Origin: Bacteroidia bacterium
GTDB lineage: Bacteria > Bacteroidota > Bacteroidia > NS11-12g > UBA955
Assembly: GCA_044357345.1 (NCBI GenBank)
Contig: JBIKPR010000005.1
Location: 2,933 to 66,932, forward strand
Length of the DNA: 64,000 nucleotides
Direction of reading: 5' to 3'
Each line of letters opens with the position of its first letter. The first letter of the stretch is position 1. The translations under genes were made by a program, and so were the position numbers. The notes under the pieces were generated by a model, which did not search any database, was not told where the DNA came from, and was given only the letters and a program-made list of their open reading frames with translations. This document shows positions 31,798-40,468 of the stretch, piece by piece.

Positions 31798-32519
31798 TTT
31801 CTGCTGTTAAAAATAATTTTTGTCAACCAAATAAACAAAACAATCAAACTCAAAAAATACACAACATCTCTTGTATCTACTACACCTCTGCTAATATTTC
31901 TGTAATGAAAATTTATCCCAAACCATTCAATAAAAAAATCAGTTTTCTTGAAGATTTCAAATGAACTCAAATAATCAAAACTGGAATAAAAAAAGAAACA
32001 CAAGAACATACTAACAATAAAAGAAACAATTTGATTGTCTGTAATAACACTTGAAAACAATCCTATTGAAACATATCCAGCGCTCAAAAAGATTAATCCT
32101 AAATAGCTTCCCCAAATCGCTCCTGAGTCAACATTCCCAATTGGAATAGATAGTTTGTGAATGGTATAATAATAAATGAATGTAGGCAATATGGAAAATA
32201 AAACAATAAGCAATCCTGCAAAATATTTACCTAATATGATGGATAAATCTGTAATTGGTTTTGTACTTAAAGTTTCAAAAGTTCCCGTTTTTTTCTCTTC
32301 ACTAAATGAACGCATGGTGATGGCCGAAATTAAGAAAATGAAAATAATAGGAGCCATTTCAAAAAATGGATCTATGTTGGCATAACCTGCATCTAATATG
32401 TTCGTTTCATTAAAAATCCATATAAATAAACCATTCGCTACTAAAAAAACAATGATTACAATGATCGCAATTAATGAGCTTAAAAAACTCCGAATCTCTT
32501 TGGCTAATATACTAAACAT
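31791..32519 (-). CDS. gldF: gliding motility-associated ABC transporter permease GldF (ABC-2 type)
   Basis: Six-TM ABC-2 permease pattern, 242 aa, sandwiched between the ATPase and the GldG-like gene. Confidence 0.7.
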   Translation of the reverse strand: MFSILAKEIRSFLSSLIAIIVIIVFLVANGLFIWIFNETNILDAGYANIDPFFEMAPIIFIFLISAITMRSFSEEKKTGTFETLSTKPITDLSIILGKYFAGLLIVLFSILPTFIYYYTIHKLSIPIGNVDSGAIWGSYLGLIFLSAGYVSIGLFSSVITDNQIVSFIVSMFLCFFFYSSFDYLSSFEIFKKTDFFIEWFGINFHYRNISRGVVDTRDVVYFLSLIVLFIWLTKIIFNSRKW

Positions 32520-32520
32520 C

Positions 32521-33429
32521 TTATTTTGTTACATTTTTAAATACGTCTTCCAAACTGCTCTCTATTAATTTCATTTCGGTTAAAATGAGGTCTTGCTTTA
32601 CGGCAAAATTAAAAATCTCTGATTTTATGATGTCTTCTCCCTTTTTAGATTTAACAATGTAGGTGCTGTCCGCCAATAAATTGGCTTCTGACAAGGCATT
32701 TAATTCAGATAACTGCTTGGCGTTTAATGTCCGGTTAAACGAAACCTGTACCATGTTATCAGGACTAAATGAGTGTTTTAACTCTTCGGTCTTTCCATTT
32801 GCAACAATTTTACCTTTGTTTACAATCATCACTCGGTTGCACATAGCCTCCACTTCTTGCATAATATGAGTAGACAACAAAACTGTTTTCTCCTTGCCAA
32901 TATTTATAATCAGATTGCGTATTTCAACAATTTGATTCGGATCTAATCCACTTGTGGGTTCATCCAATATTAACACTTTAGGATTGTGTATGATTGCTTG
33001 GGCCAAACCAACTCTTTGCCTGTATCCTTTGGACAACTGACCAATTTTCTTGTTCTGTTCAACTTGCAAACCCGTTAATTCAATCATCTCCTTTACCCTT
33101 TGGGTTTTGTTGCTTAATTGGTAAACAGATGCCGCAAACATCAAATACTCCTTCACATACATGTCCATGTAAAGCGGATTGTGCTCAGGCAAATACCCAA
33201 TTTGTTTCCTAACTTCTATTGAGTCGGTTTCTACATTTAATCCGTTAACCCATGCGCTGCCAGAGGTAGGAGGGATGTAACAAGTTAATATTTTCATGGT
33301 CGTGGTCTTACCAGCTCCATTTGGACCCAAAAAGCCTACAATCTCTCCACTTTTAATTTCAAAATTAATGTGGTCAATTGCATGCTGACTTTTATAAGTT
33401 TTCGTTAAATTTTCTACGCGTATTGACAC
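32521..33429 (-). CDS. gldA: gliding motility-associated ABC transporter ATP-binding protein GldA
   Basis: Walker A GPNGAGKTT, signature LSKGYRQR, Walker B LILDEPTSGLD. GTG start. First gene of the three-gene unit. Confidence 0.8.
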   Translation of the reverse strand: MSIRVENLTKTYKSQHAIDHINFEIKSGEIVGFLGPNGAGKTTTMKILTCYIPPTSGSAWVNGLNVETDSIEVRKQIGYLPEHNPLYMDMYVKEYLMFAASVYQLSNKTQRVKEMIELTGLQVEQNKKIGQLSKGYRQRVGLAQAIIHNPKVLILDEPTSGLDPNQIVEIRNLIINIGKEKTVLLSTHIMQEVEAMCNRVMIVNKGKIVANGKTEELKHSFSPDNMVQVSFNRTLNAKQLSELNALSEANLLADSTYIVKSKKGEDIIKSEIFNFAVKQDLILTEMKLIESSLEDVFKNVTK

Positions 33430-33532
33430 TTGGCAATAATTATTTGGTTGGCGAATTTAACAACAATTTTAATATTTATATAGCAAACATATACACCAAA
33501 ATATGGGCCCACAAAGTTAATTGACTATAGAA

Positions 33533-34981
33533 TTATTCAATTGTTTTGATAGGGGGCAATGACCAAACTTCAAAATCTCCAACCCGGACAATTAATCGTT
33601 TGTCCTGTATTAAGTCCATTTTTGTATCAATTGACACGGTCCTTTCGATTAAAATTCGATCCATTCCATTCAAACGCATTTCGTTAAATTGAGTTCCTTG
33701 TTCTCTGTTTTCAAATATTTCATCGAAATTATCAAATGAATATCCTTTTGCGTTAATAAAATAGAAAAATATGCAACCTGAAACATCGGGCCCAACCAAA
33801 CTGATTTTGGATGATTTCATGGCATTAGTTAATGCTTTTCTTTGCTCTGGATTTTTGAATTCTTCAGGTATTCCTTTTCCGCCATCAGCCCATCTAGAAG
33901 GTATGATTCTAGCGAATGCCCAGATAAAATTAAGACCACAAAACAATACCAGTAAATTAAATCTTAATTTGGATTTAGAAAATAAATTCAAGACCATCAT
34001 AACCAAAAAGGGCAGTAAAGCCATAAAATAATAGCTGTGGTGCTGCATTCTTTCAATGGCCATGAAATAAAACAGTGCAAAACCGATGAAGCCAATAAGA
34101 ACCTGAACGCCAATTTTGTTGATTGGTCTCAATTTTCTTAACAAGAACAACATCAAAAGCAAGATTGGCCAACCCAATAAAAGTTCAGGCAAATCTGAAA
34201 TTAAATTCCCCTGAACGGTCTTTAATACATCCTTTAAAGAAATAGGCTTGATCCATAATCCAAATTCTTTTAAATTGTTTGTATTGGTTAATTCAACGGC
34301 GTATAAATACCATGTTATAACCAATAAAGAAACCGCAGCGGTTCCTAATATTGTCTTACTTATGTTATTTCGATTGTATTTTAAATAAACGATGGAAGAA
34401 AATGGAATAATTAGAAATTGGAATTTAATCAATCCACTCAATGCGCTTAGAACAATACCAATAATAAAGAGCCGGGTCTTTCCGCTTTTATAATGCTTGG
34501 TAAGGAAATACAATGATAATAATGCGAAAGTTAATGCCATTATATCTGGCATTGCATTCATACTATCGTAGTAATTCTGTGGAATAGACAACAATATCAA
34601 AGGACCAATAATGGAATACTTTTCATCAAATTCAACTTGTTTTAAAAACATATAGAATGCAAACATGCCAAAGGAAAATATTAGTAAACTATATATTCTA
34701 GCCAATAAATCTGAAAATCCGAAGGCTTTTGAGATCAAGGCAAGGGTCCACTCATAAGCAGGGAAATGAGCCCCAGTAATGCCATTGCTGTTGTTTCGTC
34801 TATCGATTCTAGGGTGCAGAATATCCATGCTCTCGGTTGCGAAATTCCGACTCATCCCTAATGTGTTGCATTGACGCCAAACATGGCTGCCACAAGGAGG
34901 TAGGTTTATGAAATAGACATGGACTAAAACATTAATAAACGTAAAGAATAAAAATACTTTAAGACCTTGAAAACGCATCAT
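33533..34981 (-). CDS. polytopic membrane protein, GT39/ArnT-like glycosyltransferase candidate
   Basis: About 11 TM helices plus a soluble C-terminal domain, with an N-terminal region resembling ArnT/PMT_2-type proteins. The start ATG abuts the stop of the upstream tau-like ORF. Confidence 0.5.
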   Translation of the reverse strand: MMRFQGLKVFLFFTFINVLVHVYFINLPPCGSHVWRQCNTLGMSRNFATESMDILHPRIDRRNNSNGITGAHFPAYEWTLALISKAFGFSDLLARIYSLLIFSFGMFAFYMFLKQVEFDEKYSIIGPLILLSIPQNYYDSMNAMPDIMALTFALLSLYFLTKHYKSGKTRLFIIGIVLSALSGLIKFQFLIIPFSSIVYLKYNRNNISKTILGTAAVSLLVITWYLYAVELTNTNNLKEFGLWIKPISLKDVLKTVQGNLISDLPELLLGWPILLLMLFLLRKLRPINKIGVQVLIGFIGFALFYFMAIERMQHHSYYFMALLPFLVMMVLNLFSKSKLRFNLLVLFCGLNFIWAFARIIPSRWADGGKGIPEEFKNPEQRKALTNAMKSSKISLVGPDVSGCIFFYFINAKGYSFDNFDEIFENREQGTQFNEMRLNGMDRILIERTVSIDTKMDLIQDKRLIVRVGDFEVWSLPPIKTIE

Positions 34982-35605
34982 CTATTGTTTCAATTTCAAT
35001 TTGAACTTATTGACCATTGACCTAAATATCTCACTTTCATTTAGTGTTTCTTCATATTGTTCAGATGCTGTATAGGCTTTCCTTGTTGTATTTGCAGTCT
35101 CATCAATTGCAAACTGCAAGCTTATTTCAGGGTCATTGAAATACTTTTTCAAAAACGCTTGCCAATCTATTTTAACTTCACCTATGAATTCTTCCTGTTG
35201 AACTGTCATTGTAACAACAACTTGCTTTTCTTTAATTGCTGGAATTAAAAGTTTTATTAATGACACAATGGAAACCTTTTGTTTTGCTGCAAAAAGTGCA
35301 AATGCTTTTACAGTATTTTCTTGGTTTAACTCAGGAGCAATCACAAGATCTTCAGAAATTTCTTCAACAAGCTTTTCAATTTGAGCCTCAATTTCTGTAA
35401 CTGGAATGTCTTCTTCTTTTTCAAGTATCTCAGCACTGCTGATCTGAATCGGAATGCCAGTGTTTTTCTTTGGGATTTTTGGAAAGGATAGAGCTTTGTC
35501 CGCAAGTTCCGGCGGTTTAATTGCATGAACTGGAAGCACCAATTCCTTCTTTTGAACAAGACTTTCTTTCCTGCTTAAGTACTCATCACTTTTTTTTTTA
35601 TTTCT
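34982..35605 (-). CDS. dnaX: DNA polymerase III tau C-terminal region, in the -1 frame relative to dnaX and with no convincing independent start
   Basis: By hand translation, the frame is open from 35605 (just after TGA at 35608-35606) through the A10 tract and past the dnaX stop into the track ORF 35542-34982 (...KKKSDEYLSRKESLVQKKELVLPVHAIKPPEL...). The C-terminal end (RKAYTASEQYEETLNESEIFRSMVNKFKLKLK) resembles the C-terminus of full-length Bacteroidota DnaX as I recall it. The track ORF begins with TTG only. Confidence 0.6.
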   Translation of the reverse strand, partial: RNKKKSDEYLSRKESLVQKKELVLPVHAIKPPELADKALSFPKIPKKNTGIPIQISSAEILEKEEDIPVTEIEAQIEKLVEEISEDLVIAPELNQENTVKAFALFAAKQKVSIVSLIKLLIPAIKEKQVVVTMTVQQEEFIGEVKIDWQAFLKKYFNDPEISLQFAIDETANTTRKAYTASEQYEETLNESEIFRSMVNKFKLKLKQ

Positions 35606-36684
35606 TCAAGAGTGATTGCATTATTAATTTGACTCCGAATATGGCAAAGCTTCATCAAGGCCAATTCTATGTGCAATCTTGGGTTCTTGCTGTTCTTATA
35701 TTCAACATCAAACTGATTGTTAATATTCAAGCCATTTAACAAGAAACTTAAATCCGTTAGTTTACTTTGGGTTTCGTATTTTGATTTGTGCGATTCTCCA
35801 ACATCCAATAGGTGGGTGGTGGCTTTGTCTTTGCAAACCATTAAATTCCTAAAATGTTCGCTAAGTCCATTTAAGAACAATTGTCCCTCAAAACCCTTGT
35901 TCAATATTTCGTCATAGTAATTCAAAACCTCAGATATACTTTGTTCTAAGATTGATGTGGTTATCTTAAAGTAATAGTCTCTGTCTAGAATGTTTAAATT
36001 CTCAACGGCCTTCTCGTAATTGATATCACCATTGCAGTAACTTACCATTTGATCGAAGAGAGATAAACAATCCCTAAGTCCACCATCGGCTTTTTCAGCA
36101 ATCAAGTGCAAAGATTCATTGTCTACCTTAACATTTTCCTTCAAGGCAATCTTTTTCAAATGTTCAACCATATCCTTTATTTGAATACGTTTGAAATTGA
36201 ATATTTGACATCTAGATAAAATCGTCGGCAATATTTTGTGCTTCTCTGTTGTTGCTAAAATGAAAATAGCATATTTCGGAGGCTCTTCCAATGTTTTTAA
36301 AAATGCATTAAAAGCTGCCTGAGAGAGCATGTGAACCTCATCTATGATATAGACTTTGTAATTTCCAACTTGAGGTGGTATTCTAACTTGTTCATTTAAA
36401 TTTCGAATGTCATCAACTGAGTTGTTACTCGCTGCGTCCATTTCGAAAATATTAAAAGCATAATCTTGGTCTGGATTATCATTTTCCTTTTGGTTAATTA
36501 CTTTTGCTAAAATCCTAGCACAAGTTGTTTTACCAACACCTCTTGGTCCTGTAAATAAAAAAGATTGAGCCAAATGGTTGTTGTTTATTTCATTCAACAG
36601 GGTTTCTGTAATATGTGACTGCCCAACCACCTCGTCAAAAACGGAAGGTCTGTATTTACGGGCAGAAACAATGAAATTTTCCAA
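35575..36684 (-). CDS. dnaX: DNA polymerase III subunit gamma/tau, frame-0 product (domains I-III, gamma-like, 369 aa)
   Basis: Walker A GPRGVGKTT, Walker B IIDEVHML, sensor SRCQ, and the typical N-terminus (ARKYRPSVFDEVVGQ). Confidence 0.9.
   Translation of the reverse strand: MENFIVSARKYRPSVFDEVVGQSHITETLLNEINNNHLAQSFLFTGPRGVGKTTCARILAKVINQKENDNPDQDYAFNIFEMDAASNNSVDDIRNLNEQVRIPPQVGNYKVYIIDEVHMLSQAAFNAFLKTLEEPPKYAIFILATTEKHKILPTILSRCQIFNFKRIQIKDMVEHLKKIALKENVKVDNESLHLIAEKADGGLRDCLSLFDQMVSYCNGDINYEKAVENLNILDRDYYFKITTSILEQSISEVLNYYDEILNKGFEGQLFLNGLSEHFRNLMVCKDKATTHLLDVGESHKSKYETQSKLTDLSFLLNGLNINNQFDVEYKNSKNPRLHIELALMKLCHIRSQINNAITLEEIKKKVMST
35590..35599 (-). other. A10 homopolymer at the dnaX frame junction (candidate ribosomal or transcriptional slippage site, or an indel error)
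   Basis: T10 on the + strand. In dnaX frame 0 it reads AUA AAA AAA AAA GUG, an X XXY YYZ-compatible run. The frame-0 stop follows 7 codons later. Confidence 0.6.
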
Positions 36685-36971
36685 TTTGTTTTTTAATTTA
36701 CTGATCGCAAAAGTAATTTATTTTTTTTCCCAAAAAACAGATGTTGATAATTTAATCAAAGCTTTAAACCGTATCGTTTTAGCTTTTTTAAAATATGAGA
36801 AAAACACAAATTTTATCCATGTTTTCCAATTTTAATGGTCAAATAACTAGATATGTTTTTCCGTAAACTCAATTATAAATATACAATAAAACTAATTATA
36901 ACAATAAAATATTAGGTATAAGCCGTGCTTAAACTTCTTTGATTTTGTTTTGATTTTTAAAATATTTGTAT

Positions 36972-36979
36972 TACTTTTG
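36972..36979 (+). promoter_or_regulatory. candidate Bacteroidota -7 promoter box (TACTTTTG = TAnnTTTG) for rpsP
   Basis: Matches the TAnnTTTG consensus 43 nt upstream of the rpsP ATG. No experimental support. Confidence 0.3.
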
Positions 36980-36984
36980 CACCC

Positions 36985-37011
36985 CGCAAGAACAGGAGAA
37001 CTTGCGTTTTT
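36985..37011 (+). promoter_or_regulatory. leader hairpin CGCAAG-N10-CTTGCG followed by TTTTT, 11 nt upstream of the rpsP start
   Basis: Read directly: cgcaag aacaggagaa cttgcg ttttt. It has the shape of an intrinsic terminator but lies between the candidate promoter and the start codon. Confidence 0.4.
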
Positions 37012-37021
37012 ATATAATTTT

Positions 37022-37702
37022 ATGGCAACTAAATTAAGATTACAGCGTCATGGACGCAAAAAACAAGCCTACTACTACATTGTGGCGGCAGATTCACGTG
37101 CTCCGAGAGATGGTAGATTTATTGAAAGGATTGGTGATTACAACCCTAATTCCAACCCAGCAACAATCAACTTAGATCTGAAGAAAGCAGTGAAATGGTT
37201 AGACACAGGCGCTGTCCCTACGGACACCGTTCGTGCCATTCTATCTTACAAAGGTGCAATGATGTTGCACCACTTACATGGAGGTGTCAACAAAGGCTCC
37301 TTTACACTAGAAGAAGCAGATGCTAAATTTGCTAAATGGACTGAAGAAAAAGATGCTAAAGTTCAAAGCAAACGCGATGGCCTAGCTAGCGCTAAAGCTC
37401 AAACAGCCTCTGAAAAGTTAAAAGCTGAAGCTAAAATTAAAGAAGCAAGAGCGATTGCTATCGCTGCGAAAAACGCAGTTGTAGAAGAAGTTCCTGCTGA
37501 GGAAATTGCTGCTGAAGAAACTGCAGTGGTTGAAGCGGCTGTTGAAACTGCAGTTGTTGAAGCTGCTGTTGAAACTACAGTAATTGAAGCGGCTGTTGAA
37601 ACTGCAGTTGTTGAAGCTGCTGTTGAAACACCAACAGTTGAGTCAACTGAAGAAACAACTTCAGAAGCTCCAGAAGCTGCTGCTGAAAATACTGAAGCTT
37701 AA
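37022..37702 (+). CDS. rpsP: 30S ribosomal protein S16 with long Ala/Glu/Val-rich repetitive C-terminal extension
   Basis: [42 protein letters not shown] is a canonical bS16 N-terminus. I moved the start to ATG 37022, since the track start at 36950 adds a non-conserved leader. Confidence 0.9.
   Translation: MATKLRLQRHGRKKQAYYYIVAADSRAPRDGRFIERIGDYNPNSNPATINLDLKKAVKWLDTGAVPTDTVRAILSYKGAMMLHHLHGGVNKGSFTLEEADAKFAKWTEEKDAKVQSKRDGLASAKAQTASEKLKAEAKIKEARAIAIAAKNAVVEEVPAEEIAAEETAVVEAAVETAVVEAAVETTVIEAAVETAVVEAAVETPTVESTEETTSEAPEAAAENTEA
37515..37639 (+). repeat. in-frame 27-nt tandem repeat (about 4.6 units; 54-nt higher-order unit) encoding (E-A-A-V-E-T-A-V-V)n in the S16 tail
   Basis: Units are 37532-37558, 37559-37585, 37586-37612 and 37613-37639. 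Units 1 and 3 are identical (gaagcggctgttgaaactgcagttgtt), and units 2 and 4 share gaagctgctgttgaaac. Confidence 0.85.
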
Positions 37703-37714
37703 TACGCTTTTAGT

Positions 37715-38215
37715 ATGACAAGCAAAGTCAACAATATTCATTCAAAACCCACCAAAAAGGTGGGTTTTGTTTTGAAATCTCATGGTTTCAATGGACACAT
37801 TCGTATCCACTTAGAGGATGATTTTATCCCAAAAGATTTTCTGTTTATGGAAATTAACCAAAAATTTGTTCCTTTTGCCATCCAATCTTTCAACAAAGAG
37901 GCATTAATAGTCAAATTGAAGGAATTTGATACCATTGATCAAATCAGTGATTTAATCTCTTTGCCAATAATTGAAATAATTGATGCCCAGCCTGATGAAA
38001 TCGAAACCATAATTGGTTATACTCTCATAGACAACGAAACTGGGATAGAATACACAATTACGGATATTATTGAGTATCCTGGTAATGTACTGCTTGAATT
38101 CAGAAATGGATTCAAAGATTCTCTTATTCCTTTACACGACGATTTTATAACTCAGATAAATCATAGTGAAAGAAAGATTTTTGCTAGCTTTCCTGATGGT
38201 ATATTAGATTTGTAG
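37715..38215 (+). CDS. rimM: ribosome maturation factor RimM
   Basis: Conserved position between rpsP and trmD, with RimM-like size and N-terminal block ([17 protein letters not shown]). Confidence 0.75.
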   Translation: MTSKVNNIHSKPTKKVGFVLKSHGFNGHIRIHLEDDFIPKDFLFMEINQKFVPFAIQSFNKEALIVKLKEFDTIDQISDLISLPIIEIIDAQPDEIETIIGYTLIDNETGIEYTITDIIEYPGNVLLEFRNGFKDSLIPLHDDFITQINHSERKIFASFPDGILDL

Positions 38216-38217
38216 TT

Positions 38218-38889
38218 ATGCGCATAGATATTATTACGGTTCAACCTGCTTTAATTGAAGGCACAATTAACCACTCTATTATCAAGAGGGCTAAAGACAA
38301 AGGCCTAGCTGAAATAAATTTAATAAATTTAAGGGATTACGCCCTCAACCGTTACGGGCAAGTTGACGATTACCAATTTGGCGGTGGTGCTGGCATGGTT
38401 CTAATGTGTGAACCAATTTCAAATGCAATCGAGGACTTGTGCAAAGAACGTAAGTATGATGATATTATCTACACTTGCCCGGATGGAGAAGTCTGGAATC
38501 AGCCTCTAGCAAACGCATATTCTCTTAAAGAAAATCTGATCATTCTTTGCGGACATTATAAAGGAATCGATGAGCGTATACGCGAATTATACGTAACAAA
38601 AGAAATTTCAATTGGTGATTTTGTTTTAACCGGCGGCGAATTAGCTGCTGCAATCATCAGTGACAGTATTATTAGACTACTCCCAGGTGTGCTGGGCAAC
38701 GAAGAATCAGCACTTACTGATAGCTTTCAAGATGGTTTATTGGCTCCACCTGTTTATACAAGACCAGCTGAATTTAAAGGTCTAAATGTACCCAATGTTT
38801 TGCTATCCGGAAACTTTAAACTTATTGATGAATGGAGGATGGATCAAGCTGAATTAAGAACAAAAGAAAGAAGACCTGATTTATTATAA
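38218..38889 (+). CDS. trmD: tRNA (guanine37-N1)-methyltransferase
   Basis: MRIDIITV.P start, [11 protein letters not shown] and [10 protein letters not shown] blocks, 223 aa. Confidence 0.9.
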   Translation: MRIDIITVQPALIEGTINHSIIKRAKDKGLAEINLINLRDYALNRYGQVDDYQFGGGAGMVLMCEPISNAIEDLCKERKYDDIIYTCPDGEVWNQPLANAYSLKENLIILCGHYKGIDERIRELYVTKEISIGDFVLTGGELAAAIISDSIIRLLPGVLGNEESALTDSFQDGLLAPPVYTRPAEFKGLNVPNVLLSGNFKLIDEWRMDQAELRTKERRPDLL

Positions 38890-38896
38890 ATATACA

Positions 38897-39664
38897 ATGA
38901 AACTAATTTTAACAAAACCTCTAGTAGTTTTCGATCTTGAAACAACTGGAATCAATACCTCTAAAGATCGCATCGTTGAATTGTGTATGATTCGTATTCA
39001 AATTGATGGCTCAAGGCAGGAATTAAATTTCAGGTTCAACCCAGGAATCCCAATTCCACCTGAAATTACTTTAATTCATGGTATTTCTGACCAAGATGTA
39101 GCTAATGAACCTTCCTTTAAAGACAAGGCGCATGAACTAAATTCTTTTTTGGAAAACTGCGATTTTGCGGGTTTTAACAGCAATAAATTCGATTTTCCTA
39201 TGTTGGTAGAAGAGTTCTACCGCGCGGGAGTTGAATTTGATACCTCTAAAAGAAAATTCATCGACGCCCAGAAAATTTTCCATACAATGGAACCGAGAAA
39301 TTTAAGTGCTGCTTATAAGTTCTATTGCCAAAAAGATTTAAATAATGCCCATAGTGCCAAAGCAGATACCGAGGCTACTTGGGAAATTATTCAATCTCAA
39401 TTAGAAAAATATGAAAATTTAGAACCAAATATTGATTTCTTGCACAAATTTAGCGGTCAAAGCAATCTGGTAGATCTAGCAGGAAGGTTGATTTTCAATG
39501 ATAAACAGGAAGCTGTTTTTAATTTTGGTAAACATAAAGGGAAAAAAGTTACAGATGTATTCAAATCTGATTATGGTTATTATGATTGGATGATGCAAGG
39601 TGATTTTCCTTTACAAACGAAAAAAGTTCTAACCCAACTTAAATTAAATACGCTCAACAACTAA
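38897..39664 (+). CDS. DEDDh 3'-5' exonuclease (DnaQ/ExoX-like) with ExoX-C/DUF3820-like C-terminal motif
   Basis: Exo I VVFDLETTG, Exo II region HGISD, Exo III HSAKADTEAT. The C-terminal FNFGKHKGKKVTDV...YYDWMM resembles the FGKYKG motif of the 18686-18907 protein. Confidence 0.8.
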   Translation: MKLILTKPLVVFDLETTGINTSKDRIVELCMIRIQIDGSRQELNFRFNPGIPIPPEITLIHGISDQDVANEPSFKDKAHELNSFLENCDFAGFNSNKFDFPMLVEEFYRAGVEFDTSKRKFIDAQKIFHTMEPRNLSAAYKFYCQKDLNNAHSAKADTEATWEIIQSQLEKYENLEPNIDFLHKFSGQSNLVDLAGRLIFNDKQEAVFNFGKHKGKKVTDVFKSDYGYYDWMMQGDFPLQTKKVLTQLKLNTLNN

Positions 39665-39665
39665 G

Positions 39666-40391
39666 ATGGCTGCTATTCGTTTTAAAGACCTAATCGTTTA
39701 TGAAGACGATGACATTATTGCAATAAATAAACCCGCAAATCTTTCTTCTTTGCATGAGCGATTTGATAGCCAATTTCTATCTGTTGTTCAAATGTGTAAA
39801 GACATTAATGAAAATTATAGCCTTTGCCACCGATTAGACCGAGAAACCTCTGGTGTTATGCTAATTTCAAAAAACACTGAAGCCTATAAGTTTGTTGCAG
39901 CTCAATTTGAAAAAAGAACCATACATAAAATTTACCATGCTGTGGTTAATGCATCGGTAAACTTAAATGAATTAAGTGTTGAACTCTCTTTGTACACCGA
40001 TAGCAAAAGAAGAGTGCTCATTTCAAGAAAAGAAGGCAAACCCTCATTAACTGTTTTTAATACACTTAAGCAATATAAACACTTTTCTTTGCTTTCTTGT
40101 AGTCCTCATACTGGCAGATTACATCAAATCAGAGTACACGCAGCTTCTCAAAATCTAGCCTTGATGAGCGATACCCTTTATGCTGGTAAATTTGCATATC
40201 TATCTCAAATTAAAAAGAATGTCAAATTTTCAGGAGAAGAAGAAAAACCACTAATTAACAGAGTTGCTCTGCATGCTTATAGCATAGAATTTGAAAGCCC
40301 ATCAAAAGGTAAAATAAAAATCAATGCCCCATATCCAAAAGATTTTGAAGTCCTAATCAAATTATTGGACAAATACGATGAAAACAAGTAG
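39666..40391 (+). CDS. RluA-family pseudouridine synthase
   Basis: Catalytic motif HRLDRETSGV and the downstream HQIRVH block. Confidence 0.85.
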   Translation: MAAIRFKDLIVYEDDDIIAINKPANLSSLHERFDSQFLSVVQMCKDINENYSLCHRLDRETSGVMLISKNTEAYKFVAAQFEKRTIHKIYHAVVNASVNLNELSVELSLYTDSKRRVLISRKEGKPSLTVFNTLKQYKHFSLLSCSPHTGRLHQIRVHAASQNLALMSDTLYAGKFAYLSQIKKNVKFSGEEEKPLINRVALHAYSIEFESPSKGKIKINAPYPKDFEVLIKLLDKYDENK

Positions 40392-40416
40392 AAGAATAAT
40401 TCTACAATGATTCAAT

Positions 40417-40449
40417 AAAAAAACCCGAAAAGAAATTTTCAGGTTTTTA
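40417..40449. terminator. probable bidirectional intrinsic terminator between convergent genes
   Basis: aaaaaaaCCCGAAAA-gaaa-TTTTCAGGttttt. The stem has one mismatch and is flanked by A-run and T-run sequences. Confidence 0.5.
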
Positions 40450-40468
40450 TTTATTAGATAAAATCTAA

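Noticed and set aside
35341-35559. 72-aa Lys/Arg-rich ORF in dnaX frame 0 just after the dnaX stop.
   Set aside because: It overlaps the tau-like -1-frame ORF. The composition (KKKKTFQLQKLRLKLK) is what an off-frame reading of an A-rich, Glu/Lys-coding region produces. There is no start context or motif.
36578-36835. 85-aa plus-strand ORF overlapping the dnaX start and its upstream region.
   Set aside because: It overlaps the well-supported dnaX N-terminus on the opposite strand. No motifs are present, and it lies in AT-rich promoter DNA.
36991-37000. AGGAG in the loop of the rpsP leader hairpin, considered as a Shine-Dalgarno site.
   Set aside because: It lies about 23 nt upstream of the ATG, too far for SD function, and Bacteroidota generally do not rely on SD pairing.
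39610-39623. TTTACAAACGAAAA, a 12/14 match to the operator palindrome, inside the exonuclease gene.
   Set aside because: Two mismatches fall in the right half-site, it is far from the regulator locus, and near-matches of this AT-rich motif are expected by chance.
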